Shown here: piece after piece, positions 56,157-64,000 of the stretch
Position numbering within the stretch: the stretch's first letter is position 1
Layout: the number at the start of each line of letters is the position of its first letter
NCBI GenBank assembly: GCA_001189195.1
Contig: LFCQ01000003.1
Coordinates: forward strand, 71,059-135,058
Direction: 5' to 3'
Length of the DNA stretch: 64,000 nt
From: Parcubacteria bacterium C7867-007
Lineage (GTDB): Bacteria; Patescibacteriota; Minisyncoccia; Phycocordibacterales; Phycocordibacteraceae
Made by a program: the position numbers and the translations under genes
Notes under the pieces: generated by a model
The model's input: the letters and a program-made list of their open reading frames with translations, nothing else
Database searches by the model: none
Told to the model about the DNA's origin: nothing

Positions 56157-58076
56157 ATGACCGTCTCAGACGTACGCAAACGATTCCTTGAATTCTATAA
56201 GGCACGTGGCCACTCTATTATTCCCTCGGCACCTATCGTGCCAGGCAATGATCCAACCACCCTGTTTACCTCCTCGGGTATGCAGCCGCTCGTCCCGTAC
56301 CTCTTAGGCAAGGACCATCCAGAGGGAACACGCATTGTTAACTCACAAATGAGCTTCCGTGCAGGAGACATTGAAGAGGTGGGGGACAACCGTCACACCA
56401 CCTTCTTTGAGATGCTTGGTAACTGGTCTCTGGGAGATTATTTCAAGAAGGAACAAGTACCTTGGGTATTTGAATTCCTCACCAGCAAAGAAGAGGGTCT
56501 TGGGCTTGATCCTGAGAAACTATATGTAACGGTATTCGGTGGAGATACCGATGCAAATATGCCAGAAGATACTGAAGCAGTTGAGCTATGGAAAGGTCTC
56601 TATGCTGCAAAAGGAATCACTGCTGAGTTCGCAAACATCGGTTCAGAGGAAGAAGGGTATGAACGAGGTATGCACGGAAACGAGCGTATCTTTGCGTATG
56701 GCGCAAAGAAGAACTGGTGGAGCCGCGCTGGTGTACCAAGCAACATGCCTGCAGGGGAGCCAGGTGGTCCAGACTCTGAAGTCTTCTATGACTTTGGTCT
56801 TCCACATGATGAGAAGTGGGGTGCACATTGTCATCCTAATTGTGACTGTGGCCGATTTGTAGAGATTGGTAACTCAGTGTTCATGCAGTTCATCAAGAAT
56901 GAAGATGGTTCATTCTCGAACCTTCCAAAGCAAAACGTAGACTTCGGTGGTGGACTTGAACGCCTCACCTTCGCCACCATTGGTGTCCCTGATGCCTTTC
57001 TTATAGATGTATTTGATGCGGCACGTGAGGTACTTGAAACGCGCACCTCTATAAAGTATGGAGCTGAAGAAGGGTCAACTAAATCATTCCGTATCATCTT
57101 GGACCACATGCGTGCAGCAGCATTTATGCTAGCTGAAGGAGTTACCCCATCAAATACTGAGGCAGGGTACGTGCTTCGTCGATTAATTCGTCGTGCACTG
57201 CGTGAAGCAGATCGTTTAAATATTCAGGAGCCGGTGCTTGCTGAAGTGGCACAGGGGTACGGAAAAGCATACGCGGATCACTACCCACACGTACTAGAAA
57301 AGGCACAAGTTATCCATGATGAGCTTGCAAAGGAAGAGGATCAGTTCCGTAAGACACTTAAGAATGGTTTGAAGGAGTTTGAGAAACTCACCGCAAAGGG
57401 AACAATTGAGCCAGAGGATGCGTTCACCCTCTTCACCACCTATGGATTCCCGGTAGAGATGACGGAGGAACTTGCTAACGAACGTGAGCTAGAACTAGAT
57501 CTCACGGCGGTTATGAAGCTCATGGAGCAACATCAGGAGACCTCACGTGCAGGTGGTGCACAGCGCTTTGCAGGTGGTCTTGCAGACCATGCAGAGCAAA
57601 CTGTTCGCTATCACACTACCCATCACATCCTTCTTGCAGCACTTCAGAAAGTACTTGGTGACGAGGTGAAGCAGCGTGGTTCCAACATCACCTCAGAGCG
57701 TCTGCGTATAGACTTCTCTGCACCCGCAAAGATGACGGACGAACAGAAAGCAGAGGTGGAACGTATCGTTAACGACGTGATCTATCAGGACCTTCCTGTT
57801 ACTCGCACCGTGATGCCAAAGACTGAGGCAGAGCAGCTTGGTGCACAGATGGAGTTCGGTGTTAAGTATCCAGACATGGTTTCCGTATATTCTGTCGGTC
57901 CTATTCATGCAACGGAAGAGAACCCGGATATTCCAAATGCGTTCTCTCTAGAGTTCTGTGGTGGTCCACATGTAACTAATACAAAAGAGATTCATGAGGG
58001 TGATAGAAAATTCAAGATACAGAAGGAAGAAGCCGTTGCTTCAGGGGTACGTCGTATCAAAGCCGTGCTGGTGTAA
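56157..58076 (+). CDS. alaS: Alanyl-tRNA synthetase, short form (catalytic, tRNA-recognition and editing domains; no C-Ala/DHHA1 tail).
   Basis: N-terminal FLEFYKARGHSIIPSAPIVP...FTSSGM and an editing-domain HTTHHILLAALQKVLG (HxxxH). 639 aa against about 870 in typical bacteria. Confidence 0.85.
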   Translation: MTVSDVRKRFLEFYKARGHSIIPSAPIVPGNDPTTLFTSSGMQPLVPYLLGKDHPEGTRIVNSQMSFRAGDIEEVGDNRHTTFFEMLGNWSLGDYFKKEQVPWVFEFLTSKEEGLGLDPEKLYVTVFGGDTDANMPEDTEAVELWKGLYAAKGITAEFANIGSEEEGYERGMHGNERIFAYGAKKNWWSRAGVPSNMPAGEPGGPDSEVFYDFGLPHDEKWGAHCHPNCDCGRFVEIGNSVFMQFIKNEDGSFSNLPKQNVDFGGGLERLTFATIGVPDAFLIDVFDAAREVLETRTSIKYGAEEGSTKSFRIILDHMRAAAFMLAEGVTPSNTEAGYVLRRLIRRALREADRLNIQEPVLAEVAQGYGKAYADHYPHVLEKAQVIHDELAKEEDQFRKTLKNGLKEFEKLTAKGTIEPEDAFTLFTTYGFPVEMTEELANERELELDLTAVMKLMEQHQETSRAGGAQRFAGGLADHAEQTVRYHTTHHILLAALQKVLGDEVKQRGSNITSERLRIDFSAPAKMTDEQKAEVERIVNDVIYQDLPVTRTVMPKTEAEQLGAQMEFGVKYPDMVSVYSVGPIHATEENPDIPNAFSLEFCGGPHVTNTKEIHEGDRKFKIQKEEAVASGVRRIKAVLV

Positions 58077-58149
58077 CATCCTCATCAATATTTAATCTTC
58101 TGTGTGTTCATATACCCCATGTGGCTTATAAGGTAATTACGAACACGCT

Positions 58150-58398
58150 ATGGGTATACTCCTCTGGGTAGTATTCGGTGCTATCGCGGGCTGGATTGCT
58201 TCAATGATTGTAAAAAGTGATCAGGGATTGCTGCTTGATATTGTGGTAGGTATTGTCGGTGCACTTATTGGCGGATGGGTCATGAATCTTCTTGGCTATG
58301 ATGGCGTAAGTGGATTCAATGTATACAGCATGGCTGTAGCTATTCTCGGTTCCGTCATTCTCCTCGCAATCGTTAAATCTATTCGACGTACTGCATAG
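58150..58398 (+). CDS. GlsB/YeaQ/YmgE-family stress-response membrane protein.
   Basis: 82 aa, three Gly-rich TM helices (GWIASMIV...GALIGGWV...). Confidence 0.75.
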   Translation: MGILLWVVFGAIAGWIASMIVKSDQGLLLDIVVGIVGALIGGWVMNLLGYDGVSGFNVYSMAVAILGSVILLAIVKSIRRTA

Positions 58399-58416
58399 CA
58401 GATCGCGTAGTTGTAA

Positions 58417-58456
58417 AAGAAGCAGCGACCGCATTATGTGGTCGCTGCTTCTTTTA
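58417..58456 (+). terminator. Rho-independent terminator.
   Basis: aagaagcagcgaccgcattatgtggtcgctgcttctt followed by tta. Confidence 0.7.
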
Positions 58457-58505
58457 CACGCATGTCGTATTAAGTACATGTGTATGTTTTGCTATACTCA
58501 CAGCA

Positions 58506-59828
58506 ATGGGTCTTTTTGGTAGCAAGACACGATCAACACAAATAATGATCGACGTTGGTTCGTCGTCGGTGGGTGGTGCGTATGTGTGTTATGAAAGTGG
58601 TCAGCTACCCATCATCTACTACAGTACTCGTATTAACATGGAGCCGCGTCCAAATGAGACGCACGAGGACTTAATGCTACGTACCTTGGAGGAGGTAACC
58701 AATCGATTGGTAAAGAAGGGGGCACCAGAGGTACGAAGAGAGGTGGGGAATGCACACGCTGATGGCACCCTTGTCTCTATTGCTGCTCCTTGGCAGGAAA
58801 CTCGAGTGCGCACAGAGACTATTCAGTCTGTTCGTCCATTTGTGTTCACCAAGAAACTCCTTAACGATACTGTTCGTAAGAGTGCAAACGTACAAGAGGG
58901 GTGGGTTGATTCTGGAGACTCGGTTATTGCCACTATTCTTAATGGATATGAAATACCGAATCCCTTTGGGAAATCAGTGAAGCGTGCAGAACTCGTTGTT
59001 CTTTCTTCCACACTTCAGAAAGAAGTGATGGAGAGTATTGAGCGAGTAATGCGTAAAGCATTTCACAGCCATGATGTTACCTTCACTGGCTTTGCACCTG
59101 TTTGGTACCGTATCTTCCGTGAAATGTACCAGCACGAGAATGACTACCTCATCCTTGATATTCGTGGCGCTCGTAGTGATTTGGCCTTTATACAGCGTGG
59201 CCTACTTCGTGACGTGGGTTCAATCCCACACGGCACTCGGGCGCTCCTATCTATAGGTCAGGCTGCATCAGACCTTATTCCCACCACAGTTATTCCGCAG
59301 GGAAGTGGCTTGGGGGCAAGTTATTTAAACCGTAACCGCAACGTACAGTTTGGAGCACGGGTACAGGAAGCAGAAGAAGAGTGGATAGAGTGCCTTGCAA
59401 CACTTCTCAAGGAGTTTGCAGGTCGCCAAGCACTTCCTCGTACTATGTTCCTCCTCGCAGATGATGATGTGCGCGGATTCTTGGTGCGTGCTCTTGATAC
59501 TCCTGCGATTCATACCATGTGGCTATCGGATGAACCACTTCGTATCGTACCCATCACTCCTGCACAGTTCACTCCCTATGTACGCACATTCGGAACCAAT
59601 GTTGCCGATATCTTTATAGATCTTCTTGCGCTGTATCACACCAAGAGCACACCAACCGTAGAGAATGAACCAGAGATACTTCCCCCACCGGTAAAGTTAA
59701 CGAAGGAGCAAAGGAAAGCGCTGAAGGAACAGGAGAAAGAGGCCGCAAAGGCAGCACGGCCAACCATGGGAGACATGGTCTCATCTGCAGCAGTAGGGGT
59801 AGAGGGAGAGCCAGATTTCAGCATGTAG
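58506..59828 (+). CDS. Actin-like (ASKHA) ATPase-fold protein, PilM/FtsA-like, with a charged KE-rich tail.
   Basis: Phosphate-1-like MIDVGSSSVGGAYV, phosphate-2-like LILDIRGARSDLAFI and adenosine-like VGSIPHGTRAL. A divergent call. Confidence 0.45.
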   Translation: MGLFGSKTRSTQIMIDVGSSSVGGAYVCYESGQLPIIYYSTRINMEPRPNETHEDLMLRTLEEVTNRLVKKGAPEVRREVGNAHADGTLVSIAAPWQETRVRTETIQSVRPFVFTKKLLNDTVRKSANVQEGWVDSGDSVIATILNGYEIPNPFGKSVKRAELVVLSSTLQKEVMESIERVMRKAFHSHDVTFTGFAPVWYRIFREMYQHENDYLILDIRGARSDLAFIQRGLLRDVGSIPHGTRALLSIGQAASDLIPTTVIPQGSGLGASYLNRNRNVQFGARVQEAEEEWIECLATLLKEFAGRQALPRTMFLLADDDVRGFLVRALDTPAIHTMWLSDEPLRIVPITPAQFTPYVRTFGTNVADIFIDLLALYHTKSTPTVENEPEILPPPVKLTKEQRKALKEQEKEAAKAARPTMGDMVSSAAVGVEGEPDFSM

Positions 59829-59927
59829 GCTTGCCCACAGGGGTAGTCGCATCAGGGATTAGGAGGAGTATACTTACGGGGTACTTATTGGCAGGGCGCT
59901 TATAGGGTTTTCGCATATCTATTTTCT

Positions 59928-61175
59928 ATGAACCGAACGTTAAACGACATCATTCCGCCATCGCGCCGCCGCACTCTTGAAGAAGACGGCTCAGGCACTC
60001 CTCCTCAGATGCCGCCACGCCCGCTCTCTGATCGTCCGAGCAGGCCTCCACGTTCTCCTCGTTCTGGTCGTGGATTCCCCTATGGCACCGCACTTATCGC
60101 CCTCATCGTTATCGCTGGTGCTGTTGCAGCCCTCATGTATTTCTCTGGCGCAAAGGTTGAGGTAACACCTGAAGCAAAGAGTGCAACTATCTCTGCAGAC
60201 TTCACCGCCACGGCAGGAGCAGGGGATCTTCCTTTTGAACTTGTTACCGTTGAAAAGACCGCAAGCCAAACAGTCCCGGCTGAGAGCACCGACACCGTGA
60301 ACGATCCTGCGAGCGGCAAGATCACTATCACTAACACTCAGGCCGCACCTCAGACACTCATCAAGAACACTCGTTTCCAGAGCCCTGATGGCCTCATCTT
60401 CCGTATCCATGATTCTGTATCCATTCCTGCAGGTGGCAGCATTGTGGCAATGGTGTATGCAGATGTTGGGGGCGCAAACTACAACATAGGTGCAACCAAT
60501 TTCACCGTGCCTGGTCTTAAGGGCTCAAAAGCCTTTGAACAGGTTACTGCCAAGTCCACAGAACCTATGACGGGTGGTTTCTCTGGAACTCGTGCAAGCG
60601 TTAGTCAGGGCACTCGTGATGCACAGAACGCAACAAATCAGACTACTCTTGAAAAGAGCTTGACCGCAGACCTTGCAAGCAAGATCCCTGCGGGGTACGT
60701 CTTGATTCCAGGCGCAACGTTTGTAACATACATGCCTCAACCTGATACCGAAGCTGAGGCAGGAAAAGTGAACGTAAATCAGAAAGGAACCATGACTGCA
60801 GTGGTATTTCCTGGTGAGGCACTTGGCAAAGCAATCGCTTATAAGGTTATCGGTGCATACAACGGCGAGACAGTAACGCTTCCTAATGTTTCTGGTCTTA
60901 AGCTGCTTCCTGCTCTTAATATCGCTCCCGCAAGCGGTGAGACGACCTTTAGCTTCAATCTAACTGGTACCACCAACGTGGTATGGAAGATAGATACCGC
61001 TAAGATAGGGGGTGCTGTGGCAGGAAAAACCCGTGATTCTGCTCAGGTTATCCTTCAGGGATTCCCTGAAATTAAGAGCGCCAGCCTTGTTCTTCGACCA
61101 TTCTGGGCAAGCACCTTCCCTCAGGACCCTGAAAAGATCAATATCTCGGTTGTTGAAACTGGGACTAGCGAGTAA
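59928..61175 (+). CDS. Bitopic membrane protein: Pro/Arg-rich cytoplasmic N-terminus, one TM and a large extracytoplasmic domain.
   Basis: TM ALIALIVIAGAVAALMYF. No family recognised. Directly downstream of the PilM/FtsA-like gene. Confidence 0.5.
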   Translation: MNRTLNDIIPPSRRRTLEEDGSGTPPQMPPRPLSDRPSRPPRSPRSGRGFPYGTALIALIVIAGAVAALMYFSGAKVEVTPEAKSATISADFTATAGAGDLPFELVTVEKTASQTVPAESTDTVNDPASGKITITNTQAAPQTLIKNTRFQSPDGLIFRIHDSVSIPAGGSIVAMVYADVGGANYNIGATNFTVPGLKGSKAFEQVTAKSTEPMTGGFSGTRASVSQGTRDAQNATNQTTLEKSLTADLASKIPAGYVLIPGATFVTYMPQPDTEAEAGKVNVNQKGTMTAVVFPGEALGKAIAYKVIGAYNGETVTLPNVSGLKLLPALNIAPASGETTFSFNLTGTTNVVWKIDTAKIGGAVAGKTRDSAQVILQGFPEIKSASLVLRPFWASTFPQDPEKINISVVETGTSE

Positions 61176-61244
61176 GTAGCGGGCCTAGAGGCCAGTAGCT
61201 AGTTGACGCTTGAGCAACGGCTTGGTACGATAGCAGAGCTTCAC

Positions 61245-61460
61245 ATGGAGGAGGTCAAAGCAGAAGGAACAACGGGTACCGTTGAAGAGGTGCTCCCGAA
61301 TTCGTTGTTCCGTGTCCGCATGCCTTCTGGTGAGCTGCTGCTCGCCTACCTTGCCGGAAAGATGCGTTTGCATCGTATCCGTGTACTGGTAGGGGCCAAG
61401 GTCGAACTCGTCCTTGATCCCTACGGCGGGCGCGCTCGCGTTGTGCGGCGCTTGTCTTAA
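61245..61460 (+). CDS. infA: Translation initiation factor IF-1.
   Basis: S1-like fold sequence [31 protein letters not shown]...[16 protein letters not shown]. Start taken at the internal Met (ORF track starts at 61203). Confidence 0.85.
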   Translation: MEEVKAEGTTGTVEEVLPNSLFRVRMPSGELLLAYLAGKMRLHRIRVLVGAKVELVLDPYGGRARVVRRLS

Positions 61461-61468
61461 TACTCAAC

Positions 61469-61585
61469 ATGAAAGTACGCGCATCAATCAAGGTTCAGCA
61501 GCCGGGGGACATTATCGTCCGCCGTCGTGGCCGCCTATACCGCATCAACAAGCGCAATCCGCGCCGCAAGGCACGTCAGGGCTAA
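61469..61585 (+). CDS. rpmJ: 50S ribosomal protein L36, cysteine-free variant.
   Basis: [38 protein letters not shown] matches L36 (MKVRASVK...QRQG) but has none of the Zn-ribbon Cys/His. It is not in the ORF track (<60 aa). Confidence 0.8.
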   Translation: MKVRASIKVQQPGDIIVRRRGRLYRINKRNPRRKARQG

Positions 61586-61612
61586 TTTTATATATTTCTA
61601 AATCTTATTCGC

Positions 61613-61993
61613 ATGCGTATTTCCGGTGTAACACTTCCTGATAACAAGCAGCTCGCATACGCGCTGCCACTTATCTATGGCATCGGCCCAACACGCGCTA
61701 AGGAAATCCTTACGCAAGCGAAAGTAGATTTCACTAAGAAGGGTTCAGACCTCACTGCAGATGAGGAGCAGACCATCCGTACTCTTGCAGAGGCATACAC
61801 CATTGAGGGTGAGCTGAAGCGTGAGGTTGGACAGAACATCAAGCGCCTTAAGGATATTCGTTCACAGCGTGGTATCCGCCATGAGCGCCGTCTTCCGGTT
61901 CGTGCACAGCGCACGAAGACCAACTCACGTACCGTACGTGGAAACACTCGTAAGACTATGGGTTCTGGTCGCCGTACGCTCGAGAAGACTTAA
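61613..61993 (+). CDS. rpsM: 30S ribosomal protein S13.
   Basis: MRISGVTLPDNKQLAYALPLIYGIGPTRAKEIL. Confidence 0.95.
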   Translation: MRISGVTLPDNKQLAYALPLIYGIGPTRAKEILTQAKVDFTKKGSDLTADEEQTIRTLAEAYTIEGELKREVGQNIKRLKDIRSQRGIRHERRLPVRAQRTKTNSRTVRGNTRKTMGSGRRTLEKT

Positions 61994-62019
61994 TCCTGGC
62001 TGCATACACTTAATTACCT

Positions 62020-62454
62020 ATGGGAAAGAAACGAATCATTAAGAAGAGCGGACGCGGTCTCGATCAGGGACGCAAGGAGCGTGCCCTTTCAAAGGCTTCA
62101 AAGCGCCGTCTTGAAAAGGGTGTGCTTCATGTTGAAGCAACCTTCAACAACACTAAGGCAGTCCTCACCGACGATAAGGGAAATGCCATCATGTCTTCTT
62201 CTGCAGGAGCGCTTGGTTTCTCTGGTGCTCGTAAGTCGACTCCTTATGCAGCCGCTAAGGTAGGTGAGCTTCTTGGTGAAAAGGCCTCTCTTATTGGTCT
62301 TAAAGAGGCATCCGTTATTATCCGCGGTGTTGGTGCAGGTCGTGAGTCAGCGCTTCGTGCATTCTCTGGAAAGGGAATTCAGATTCGCTCTATTCAGGAC
62401 AAGACTCCCGTTCCTCACAACGGACCTCGCCCTAAGAAGGCGCGTCGCGTATAG
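62020..62454 (+). CDS. rpsK: 30S ribosomal protein S11.
   Basis: GVLHVEATFNNTKAVLTDDKGNAIMSSSAGALGFSGARKSTPYAA. Confidence 0.95.
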   Translation: MGKKRIIKKSGRGLDQGRKERALSKASKRRLEKGVLHVEATFNNTKAVLTDDKGNAIMSSSAGALGFSGARKSTPYAAAKVGELLGEKASLIGLKEASVIIRGVGAGRESALRAFSGKGIQIRSIQDKTPVPHNGPRPKKARRV

Positions 62455-62476
62455 CCCATTATTTATTTGAATCCGT

Positions 62477-63085
62477 ATGAAAGTAGGACCTAAGTATAAG
62501 ATCGCAAAGCGCCTCGGACCCTCAGTATTTGAGAAGACCCAGACGCAGAAGTTCGCACTCGCTCAGGAGCGTGCTTCAAAGACACGCAAGCGTGGTCGTG
62601 GCCCTACCGAATACGGTAAGCAGCTTCTTGAGAAGCAGAAGGTTCGTATGACCTACGGTCTTCCTGAGCGTCAGTTCGGACGCTATGTCCGCGAAGCTAT
62701 GGAAACTCATGGCGCAAACCCTGCAGATACTCTCCACACCACTCTTGAGATGCGTCTCGACAATGTTATCTATCGCCTCGGCCTTGCGCCGACGCGCCGT
62801 GCAGCTCGTCAGATGGTGTCTCATGGACACATCACGATCAATGGTCGCAAGACTACGATCCCTTCTCGTATGGTTCATATCGGGGAGACGATCGGTGTTC
62901 GCGAGGGCAGCAAGACCCGCGTTCTCTTCGAGAACTTCGGTGATAAGTTCGCAGAGCGCACGCTCTCGAGCTGGCTCACCTGGAACCCGAAGTCTATGGA
63001 AGGCGGTGTGCAGCAGGTGCCAACAATGGAGTCTGCTGATCCAGCAGGTGACCTTGTTGCGGTGCTCTCGTTCTACAGCCGCTAG
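62477..63085 (+). CDS. rpsD: 30S ribosomal protein S4.
   Basis: [14 protein letters not shown]... and the S4 domain [16 protein letters not shown]. Confidence 0.95.
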   Translation: MKVGPKYKIAKRLGPSVFEKTQTQKFALAQERASKTRKRGRGPTEYGKQLLEKQKVRMTYGLPERQFGRYVREAMETHGANPADTLHTTLEMRLDNVIYRLGLAPTRRAARQMVSHGHITINGRKTTIPSRMVHIGETIGVREGSKTRVLFENFGDKFAERTLSSWLTWNPKSMEGGVQQVPTMESADPAGDLVAVLSFYSR

Positions 63086-63121
63086 TTTTTATTAATCTAC
63101 AAGGTAATTACTGATTGAGTT

Positions 63122-64000
63122 ATGGAATACCAAGTCACCCTACCGTCAAAGCCGCGTATTGTTTCTGAAGAAGGAGTTCAGGGCATTTATGAGATCGATT
63201 CTCTATACCCTGGCTACGGTCATACCCTCGGCAACAGTCTTCGCCGCATTATCCTTTCGTCACTTCCTGGCGCAAGCATCACCTCAGTGAAGATTGAGGA
63301 TGTACAGCATGAGTTCGCTACCGTTGAAGGTATCCGCGAAACCGTTATGGAGATCCTCCTTAACCTTAAGCGTGTTCACTTCGCACTTCATGGCGACGAA
63401 GCACAGACTATCCGCCTTTCTGTTAAGAACGGTAAGGATGTTACTGCAGCTGATTTCTCACTTCCTGCACAGGTTACAGTTGCAAACCCTGATCAGCACA
63501 TTCTTACGATGGCAGGCAAGGGTTCATTTGAACTTGAAGCAACTATCGAGCGTGGTCTCGGCTACGTACCCCGCGAGCTTCTTACCAAGGAGAAGGTAGA
63601 TATTGGTACTATTGCACTTGATGCAACCTTCACCCCAATTCGCCGCGTAAACTACGAGGTAGAGAACATGCGTGTTGGTGATCGTACTGATTTCAACCGC
63701 CTCCGTATCCTTATTGAGACCAACGGTACTATCGGCCCCCGCGAAGCACTTGAGAACTCAATCGAGATCATGATCCACCAGCTTAAGTCTATTGTTGGCT
63801 TCCAGGAGGATGATGAGAACGTATCTGCTTCTTCAAGCCCAATGATGCTTGATGACGAAGATGCTTCATCTAAGGACGTTTCAAAGATGAAGGTTGAAGA
63901 CCTCACTCTTGGTGCTCGCATCATCACCGCTCTCACTGACGCAGGTATCAAGACTGTTGCAGGGCTATCCCGCAAGTCTCCTGGTGCCCTTAAGGAGCTT
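63122..64000 (+). CDS. rpoA: DNA-directed RNA polymerase alpha subunit, partial (continues past the window end).
   Basis: [40 protein letters not shown]...; position after rpsD. Open to the window end. Confidence 0.9.
   Translation, partial: [293 protein letters not shown]

Noticed and set aside
63294-63975. ORFs 63294-63599 (plus) and 63652-63975 (minus) at the window end.
   Set aside because: They lie out of frame with, or antisense to, the clearly identifiable rpoA reading frame starting at 63122.

Overview
This 64-kb window looks like chromosome from a bacterium with a reduced genome and roughly 45-50% GC. All statements below are by-eye reading of the sequence and ORF track; no searches were run.

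Main content:
- A complete F1Fo ATP synthase operon, atpB-E-F-H-A-G-D-C, at 3.9-9.9 kb.
- Housekeeping genes: mltG (two paralogs), ychF, leuS, pyk, lexA, def-fmt, priA, murA, mreB, a holB-like gene, mnmA, ung, two M16 peptidases and alaS.
- The start of the infA-rpmJ-rpsM-rpsK-rpsD-rpoA cluster at the 3' end of the window.
- One tRNA-Asn(GTT) on the minus strand.

Longer or shorter than their usual homologues:
- LeuRS is long because a canonical Nudix box sits inside it.
- AlaRS is short (639 aa, no C-Ala region).
- L36 has no cysteines.
- The ATP synthase delta subunit is only 120 aa.
These fit a Patescibacteria/CPR-like organism, but that placement is inference.

Most interesting observation: a roughly 30-nt sequence family, consensus about AARGTTCCMACRTYGTMCCAGACNGCCAGMAAA, occurs 8 times, always in the + orientation.
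- Two dispersed copies flank a high-GC, tautomerase-like gene that has its own promoter and terminator (13.64-14.19 kb).
- Two variant copies look like a tRNA T-arm/3' end and sit directly after the stop codons of ychF and the second mltG.
- Four copies form a tandem array at 48.1-49.3 kb. They separate four minus-strand mini transcription units, each with its own sigma70-like promoter and rho-independent terminator. Three units appear non-coding and one encodes a 100-aa protein.
- The family looks like a repeat-delimited cassette or att-core system and is the best candidate for something undescribed here.

Other notable points:
- Three compositionally foreign high-GC islets: a divergent pair of PEP-CTERM proteins, a secreted Cys protein with an XRE regulator lying 3' of tRNA-Asn, and a Cys-rich secreted protein with a membrane protein after mreB.
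- A dinJ-yafQ toxin-antitoxin pair.
- An ATP-cone/Mrr-like nuclease next to a Cas4-like nuclease.
- A bacterial SET-domain protein.
- A sigma70-region-4/HARE-HTH fusion.
- A possible LexA operator palindrome.

No CRISPR array, rRNA or recognisable transposase or integrase was seen.
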